Assembly (NCBI RefSeq): GCF_009914755.1 | Contig: NC_060937.1 | Strand: one strand, 5' to 3' | DNA: 64,000 bases | Source of the DNA: the human T2T-CHM13v2.0 reference genome, Homo sapiens | Part shown: positions 56,449 to 64,000 of the stretch, piece by piece | How the letters are laid out: every line of letters begins with the position of its first letter | How positions within the stretch are numbered: the first letter of the stretch is position 1 | Translations under genes and position numbers: made by a program | The notes under the pieces: generated by a model | Seen by the model: the letters and a program-made list of their open reading frames with translations, nothing else | Told to the model about the DNA's origin: nothing | The model's database searches: none

Positions 56449-57390
56449 ATCTTCCAGGTAAATAAAGTGGTTTGGGGCTTTTGATAAACTAGCAAAATTA
56501 CTAAAATTTTCAACAAGGCTGTCTCCACTACGGTTACATTTTAAAGCTGGTGATTATCCACTAGATTTTTGGTTCTTAATAGGAAAGAACTATGCCTTCA
56601 CTTCTGAAGTCATAGCTCCTTGCTCTGTGCCTGACACGTAGTAGGTGCTCAACAAATATTTGTGGAACCAATGTCAAATAAGGTAGCCGCTACAGAATGC
56701 ATTTTTATTGAATAGTCACTTAATAATTTCATTTTATAATTGCTAGGCTTTAGTATTGACAATGGTATTATTAATATTTCAGGTACTAATAAAATTTGTA
56801 TTTTACTATAATTTTATCAACATGCTACATTTTCAAATGTGTTTTGATTATATTAGGCCTCATGGACCGCAATAGAGTTGGCAAATTAAGATGTTTTATT
56901 TCTCTCTTAGCTTTCCTGGCCTATAAAACAAAGACAACTAGATAAAATGAAGCTTAAATCATTTTCAACTTAAAGACTCTGTGATTCTGTGGTACTGATC
57001 TCCAATTTTTCTCACGTAAATCTAAAGAAAATTAATAATTACTTAAAATTCATTCTCTTTTTAATTCACATTTTCTGGGATTCTCTTTCTGTCTTTAGGA
57101 AGGCACACCTGTTTTTGCGGGGGATGGAAAATAAAAACAAAAGTAATCCACCAGGAGGGAGAATTGTACCAATGCCAGATCTTACAAGTATTTGTTGATC
57201 CTAGGCTGGCATTCTCTCCATCCATGCCACACATTTCTACGAACCCTGGTGTGTCAGCTTCTCTGTGGGTCTAGGGCCAGGATGGAGGTCAAAGCTGGAG
57301 CTGAAGGTTGGGATCTGCCCTCACAGAGTTCTCATCAGTGTTCTTTCTTCCTTTAACACCCTTGGAGTAGAACAGTAAAGAATTACATTA

Positions 57391-57708
<318 letters not shown>

Positions 57709-59429
57709 TTAAATACTCTAAATAACTGTTAAGAATATTGTTGTGAATGAAAAATTCAGTTTAGTGGTTAAGAGCATGGAGCTTGGAATCAGGTAGATCT
57801 TAGATCTAACCTGGAAATTAAGCTTATGCTGCAGGGCTGTATGAAGACGAGATTTAATAATATCTGTTGTGGCCTGAGCACACTACAGCTACATAGAAAG
57901 GATTCAGAAATCTCGATTACAGCTATGACTATTTCATGTATTATTCATGTGCTATGTAGGCCTGCCAGAGGCATGTTTGCCCTCCACGTGGCATGGGGTA
58001 GGGTGGGAATGGGGTCGAGCGGAGGCAAACAGAGGAGTCTTGGGTAAAGGAATAAACAAAAGCTGTGAGTGGTAAGTGGGTTGAAGAAAGCTCTGAACTA
58101 AGGTAACGACTCCGCATCTGGAGGTTCTGGTTTTTATTTCTACATGTGCACGGGAGACAATAATTCTCATAAAGATTAATCACTCCACAAGTGTTTTGAA
58201 TCAGAAAATAATGAAGAACAGAACCTGGGTTCTGGCTTCGGAATTTGCTACAGCCCATCCAAGGGTTGTTCATAAGCTGTATTCTTAGAGGATCATTGTG
58301 CTAATTCCATTAGAACTAATTTTTCTTTTCTTTGAAAACTGCATTGTGCATTATCAGGCTGAAATCTAACAGAACTATGCTGTCAAACATTCTGTACAGC
58401 AAACAATGATGTAGAAACATCAGAGTAATCTCTAAACAAGAAATTCTTGGGATTCTGCAGATGAAGAGTGAGGTGCCCAGTGTAGGAAGGGACTGACTTA
58501 TCCCATTCTTGACTTGTTAGCCCCTGACATGGAGAAGTTAAGCTCCAGAGCTTTTTCAGTGCAAAATACTCCATTTTCATTAATTCCTTGGAATTTGTGA
58601 TACATGGGATATAAGTTGCATGTGCACTTTTTCATGTCTGTGTTGTGCATGTATGTGCATTGTGTGTGCGTGCATGAACCTAGGTAGAAGACCATAAGAA
58701 GTGTATAGAAGAGGAAAACTCTAAGAGGAAACACTACCAAGGTTCATGTTGAAAGGAATACTGAGTCAATGTTATTCTAGGCAATACACACAAATTTCAA
58801 CTTAGAAACTGGCAGGTTGATTATATTTTTCAGATGAGCAAAGTGCATACTTTCAGAATGATGGGAGACTATTTCAACATTAATTTTAACAGGTCTTCTT
58901 TATTGATGAAAAAATGCCAGGCTCACCCAGACTGAGCTGAACCACCACCATTTGATCTGGAAAGAACACATGCTCAAGGGACCAGGCCACTCCCTGGTGA
59001 GCCAGCCTGTATTTTGGGGAAGAGATGGTTTATTTGTTAAATGATATGGCATGAGCCACAAATCTATTAGATTTTTTGCTCTGCTTTATTGCAGATTATT
59101 TGGGCAAACTCCACTACCCCTTTCTGAAAGCCATGAAGCATCCACAGCCAGCCAGCCTTCACAGTGCAAGAAAGAAATACTTGACATAGTCAAGCCTGAA
59201 TCAGGAGTCAGCAACTCAGGTTTCAAACTGACTTTGGCAATTTCCTGACAACTCTTTGCCTTCATTTTCCTATCTGTGAAACAGTTTTGCTCATTTTGCT
59301 ACCCTTAGAATAAATTCTACAATGTCTATGAATCGATTTAAGCCCCTTCCTAGAATGACAACTACAGGAGGCTGCTTCAAGGGTGTTCGTGTAGCCCAAA
59401 CCTCCCTTTTCTGAAAGAAATGCCTCCCC

Positions 59430-59900
59430 CTGCACAGGACTGGACACCAGGAGCCAGATCACTCAAATGATGCTAGCCCCTGGCCATAGTTAGCTGAGTC
59501 AAAGGTGGATCAAGGAAGCCAATCTCTAATTAAGCTGGACCTACTAGTGTCTGTCTCTCTTGGGACAGGTCAGTTGGTTGGGAGCCTGAGACTGGGGAAC
59601 GATGCAGAGACAAGGGTTAGGCAACACATTTCTGACACTCTTCCAGAAAATCAGGAAAAAACAGTCTGCGAAGAGAGAAAAATAATGCTGATATCCAGAG
59701 AGAAGTGGGGATGAGCAGCTGCTTGACCCCCAGGGAGTGATGCTGGGAGGCATTGCCTTGGTTCCTGACTCTACTCCAGGTCTTCATCCAGACCTTCTGC
59801 TCCTCTAACCTCATATCCTTTCAACAAATCCCACTTTTTAGCAAACACTCCTTGGTGAGTTTCTGCTACTTGGAACCAAACGATCCCAAGCCTGAAATCA
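59430..59900 (+). mobile_element. Old MLT1 (K/L-like) LTR
   Basis: cccctggccatagttagctg...caaatcccactttttagc...gagtttctgctacttggaaccaaacgatcc. Confidence 0.55.
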
Positions 59901-59956
59901 CATACTCCTCTGAGTTGCCTATCTCAGAAAAGCTAGCAATGTCATTGACAGATAAG

Positions 59957-60292
59957 GTCCTTTGCAGGAACACTGTTGCAGCTGGAGGTCATTATCCTAA
60001 CTGAGTTAGTGCAGGAACAGAAAACTAAATATCATATGTTCTCACTCATAAGTGGGAGCTAAACATCGCATACTCATGGACATAAAGATAGGAATAATAG
60101 ATGCTGGTGACTACTAGATGGGGGAGGGAGGTCACCAAGGGCTGAGGAACTAACTGTTGGGTACTATGCTTAGTACCTGGGTGATGGGATCATTCATACC
60201 CCAAACCTCAGCATCACGTAATATACCCATGTAACAAGCCTGCACATGTACCCTCTGAATCTAAAATACAAGTTGAAATTATTTTTAAAAAA
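59957..60292 (+). mobile_element. L1PA15/16-like 3' end
   Basis: gttctcactcataagtgggagctaaaca...ccccaaacctcagcatcacgtaatatacccatgtaacaagcctgcacatgtaccctctgaatctaaaata. Confidence 0.9.
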
Positions 60293-60984
60293 GGATTATT
60301 AACAAGACCTTTTTATTTAAAAAAATTCTTTAACATTCTTTCAGAACAAAACATTAGCATCCAGCTTGTTCTTGGACATTCTTGTCTGTTAAGGTTGAGC
60401 CCATTTAGGCAAATTACCCTAACATGAAACTGAGCAGAATTCTCAACAGAAATCCAGGGCTCAGCTATTAGTAGAGTTTTAATTTTTGTTATAGCATTGA
60501 AAGATGACCATTCTCAAACCACTACACAGCTAAGCTGGGTTTTGACTCCTTGACAACTGCATAGCAAATTGGTCCACATGAGGAATTCTGGCTCTATTAA
60601 TCAGCTGTGGCTGCTCCATGTCAGTGGGTAAAATGCGGATGTCATTCAGGGTGCAGATGGCCAATCCAAATGATGTTTTCAATGGCATGAAATGAGGCAA
60701 AAGAACTTGAAATTGAGATAAGAGCAGCCTACCACCACCGTCCAGCCTTCACTGGAGGTGTGAGAAGCCAGCCTGTTTCTGTTCACAGGGAATTTAGGTG
60801 AATCATGACCATTTCTGTCCGCGTGAGGTTGAAAGTGAAACCCTATTCAACCCTCAAGATTTGCTCAACCAAGGGCTGATTACGGTGGGAAGGAAAGAAC
60901 AGAATTTACTCATCAATAGTCCTAGACCTGTAGGCAGAAACCTTTTCCTTTGTGGTATCTGGCTCATCATCATCAAAGAGTGTG

Positions 60985-61135
60985 TTTCTCTGTGTGTGTG
61001 TGTGTGTGTGTCTCTCTCTCTGCCTCTGGTCTTTCTCATTTTATCTCTGTGTGTATGTGTAAACACACACACATATAAAAACATATACATAAATTGTGTA
61101 TATATAATACATATGTACAGTATATATGTATATAT
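60985..61135. repeat. (TG)n(TC)n and TA-rich simple repeats
   Basis: Seen directly in sequence. Confidence 0.85.
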
Positions 61136-62233
61136 TATGCAGGGCCAAATGATTATTATCAAAGAGATTATTAAAAATGCTGTTTTATCCTGCAACTTCT
61201 CAAAGAGATGAAGCTTCCAAATTGATATCTACAAGAGGTGTCCTGTAGGTGCTATGAAGCACTCATATTTCCCCACAGAAGAAGTGTGGTTAGTAGGAAA
61301 ATGAAAGTATTTTGAATTTCTCTTCACTGGAACTTAAGGGGAAACCCAGGAGACGTGCCTTGCTTCTTTCCCCCATGGCTCCAGCTGAGGACACCCTGTC
61401 ATCAGGACACGCCTGCCCCACAGAGCAGCTGCAGAGAGGACCCTTCCCATATCCCCGGCCTCCCCAGTCTGTTCTCCTGCTGACCCCTGCCTTGTTAGCT
61501 GGATAGCAGATGCTCCCTCATCTAGCCAGCGACAAGCAGAGGGCATTCTTCTAAGAAAAGTGCCAAGAATCATTCCTTCTCTAGAAATGTCACCAGAGTC
61601 CCATGTGAAACAATAATAGGGACATTGATTTAACATCTAGGCATTTTGATTTTAAGGGCTTGTACCTATGGTATTTGCTTATGCTGGGGCTTCCTGAGTC
61701 CCTAAATAACCTTTCCAGTCATTTGGGGCTGAGTGATGATCAACAATGTATCGCAAACAGGACTTCTCATCAGTTTATTAAAAATTCATCCATCTTGGAA
61801 GATCAGTCAACTTCAACATAAGAAGATCCATTTTTGGGGATCTGACTTAGCTCACAAGTAAAGTGGGCTTTCTGGAAAGTGAGTGCGTAAATGGCCAAAT
61901 GTAACATAAACTCCAGTGAGCTGTGCAAGCCACTCACTGGAGCAGATTGCTCAGTGGCCACTCATTCTGATAATTAATGAGTCTTATTTTGAACTGCAGT
62001 GACATCGTATAAACATGGATGTTTTTTCCTTCTACTTTATTAAGAAGGAAGAAAATAAATTAAACCTCCTGGCAACAAATGAATGAATATGTTATATTTT
62101 TTAATATCCACAGCCTTACCCACAGAAAGTTTATTATATGATGGGCTCTCAAAATGAATTTTAATATATGCCTTTGGATCATTTATCTTACAATTATCAC
62201 CACAGGGATTTTCATGGAAAAATAACATTTTCT

Positions 62234-62564
<331 letters not shown>

Positions 62565-64000
62565 CTATTCCCCATGGAGTATGCAGCCGTCCCTTCACTC
62601 CAGCCTCCCACTGTTGCACATGCCTTATACTGAGGCAGTCATTATTTTGGTATTGTCATCACTGGCTCAGTGACGTACAGTGTCATCACTGTACATCCCC
62701 TTCAATAGCCCATTAAGTCCTTGAAATAAAAATAAAACCTTCCTCCTTTATGCTTGAATTACTAGTCCTTAGCAATCAGTACATACCTATAATAAAGAAT
62801 TGTTACATAAAAAAGAAAATTTACCAGTACAAAACCATGTTATACAATTTTAAAAACCCTAAAATTATGATAAAATGAAGTCTAAATGGCAAAAAAGAAA
62901 CAGAAAAAAAAACAACTAAATTTGTAGATCTTTCCTTCTCATCTGATGTCAGTTCTTTCTCCAATAAGCAATGGGTGGCTGAAAGGCATGCATGGCATCC
63001 TTATTGGTAACAATGCATCATGTGGAAGGAACACCATGCAAGCAAGAATGCATTCTTGGTAAACTTGAGTTTTCTCTCAGATTTTTATAAATTCAGACGT
63101 AATTGAAGGAATTCCGTTCATTTCCAGAGTAGCTCAGATAGTCTTTTCTGGAAGAGATTTCTATCAGGATGAAATGACACCATTTCTTTGAGCTAAGTTC
63201 AAGTGTTTTAAAACATGCTGCTTTTACTACTTTTGAAAGTCCAAAAACAGTGGATTCAAAAAGAAAACAAACAAACAAAAAAATCCCCCCCTGCCCCACA
63301 TAAAAACAGACAAGCAAAAAAACCATGAAGCTTTTCCTCCTGAATGGGATATTGCATTTTGGTGCAATTCTTTGCTTTTTTCCATCTTGTTGTGATTATG
63401 GTTTTCACCAAGTGACGTTCCTTTCTGTAGTTATTTCTCTCCATGCCCATGTATCTCTTCTGGTAACCTACTAAGGCTTGTTTTGATAGCGTGTGTTGAC
63501 CATGGTCAGGGCCAGAGGAAATAAGCACCTAGTCTTCACTTCAAAGTTTAAAAAAGTTGTTTCCTGAATCCTAACAAAGATTGTTTTTCCAAACATCTTG
63601 CTAAGAGAAAAAAACAACACACCATTTGAGGAGCTTCATATTGGAAAGAGTCTTCATAATGGACTCTTGCTTCTTCCCCCTTAAGGAGACAAAGCAGAAA
63701 CTGTGTTCCCCAAACAGTCATGCAAATAAGATCCCCTCATTTTTGTATTCTGCTCCAACATCTATGGACTGGGATAGAATCTGGTGGCCTACACTGCTGG
63801 ATGAAAAAATGGCAATTTGATGATGTTCTGTATCTAGGGAAGAATTTCAGGGAATGTTGTCTGTTTGTCTCTGGATTGCACTTCACTTGAGCATAGCTCA
63901 GTGGAAGTAAAGCGCAAGTAAGCTACACTGTACTGGATGCCTACCTTGAACTTGCGTTATTGATGTGGGTTTTCATCCAGAAGAAGAGGGGGATAGGTTG

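Noticed and set aside
62654-62694. Small hairpin gtacagtg-tcat-cactgtac and an 11-bp direct repeat
   Set aside because: Too short to distinguish from chance in 64 kb.

Overview
Repeat-rich, AT-rich, CpG-poor primate genomic DNA, almost certainly human: it carries an L1HS pre-Ta element with the ACG/G 3'UTR diagnostics and an AluY. It looks intronic or intergenic, and I cannot name the locus. No host protein-coding gene, RNA gene or CRISPR array is supported. The only convincing protein-like ORFs are LINE-1 ORF2 remnants and a fossil hAT-Charlie transposase fragment. Much of the window is a layered transposon record: L2/MIR, L1M, L1PA, Alu/FLAM/FAM, MaLR/ERVL LTRs and MER5/MER53/Tigger/Charlie. 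The best leads are (1) a candidate 21-nt microexon with neural-type splice signals at 27585-27605, (2) a young pre-Ta L1 with TSD, (3) a single-TSD L1 with inversion, a ~2.8 kb gap and an ORF1 deletion, (4) paired MER53 copies, one with a compensatory hairpin change, (5) a perfect 26-bp-stem AT-rich hairpin, and (6) a ~130-bp dispersed duplication of apparently unique DNA. I found no well-supported novel biological system. Subfamily calls come from recalled consensus sequences, not a database search, and boundaries of old repeats are approximate.
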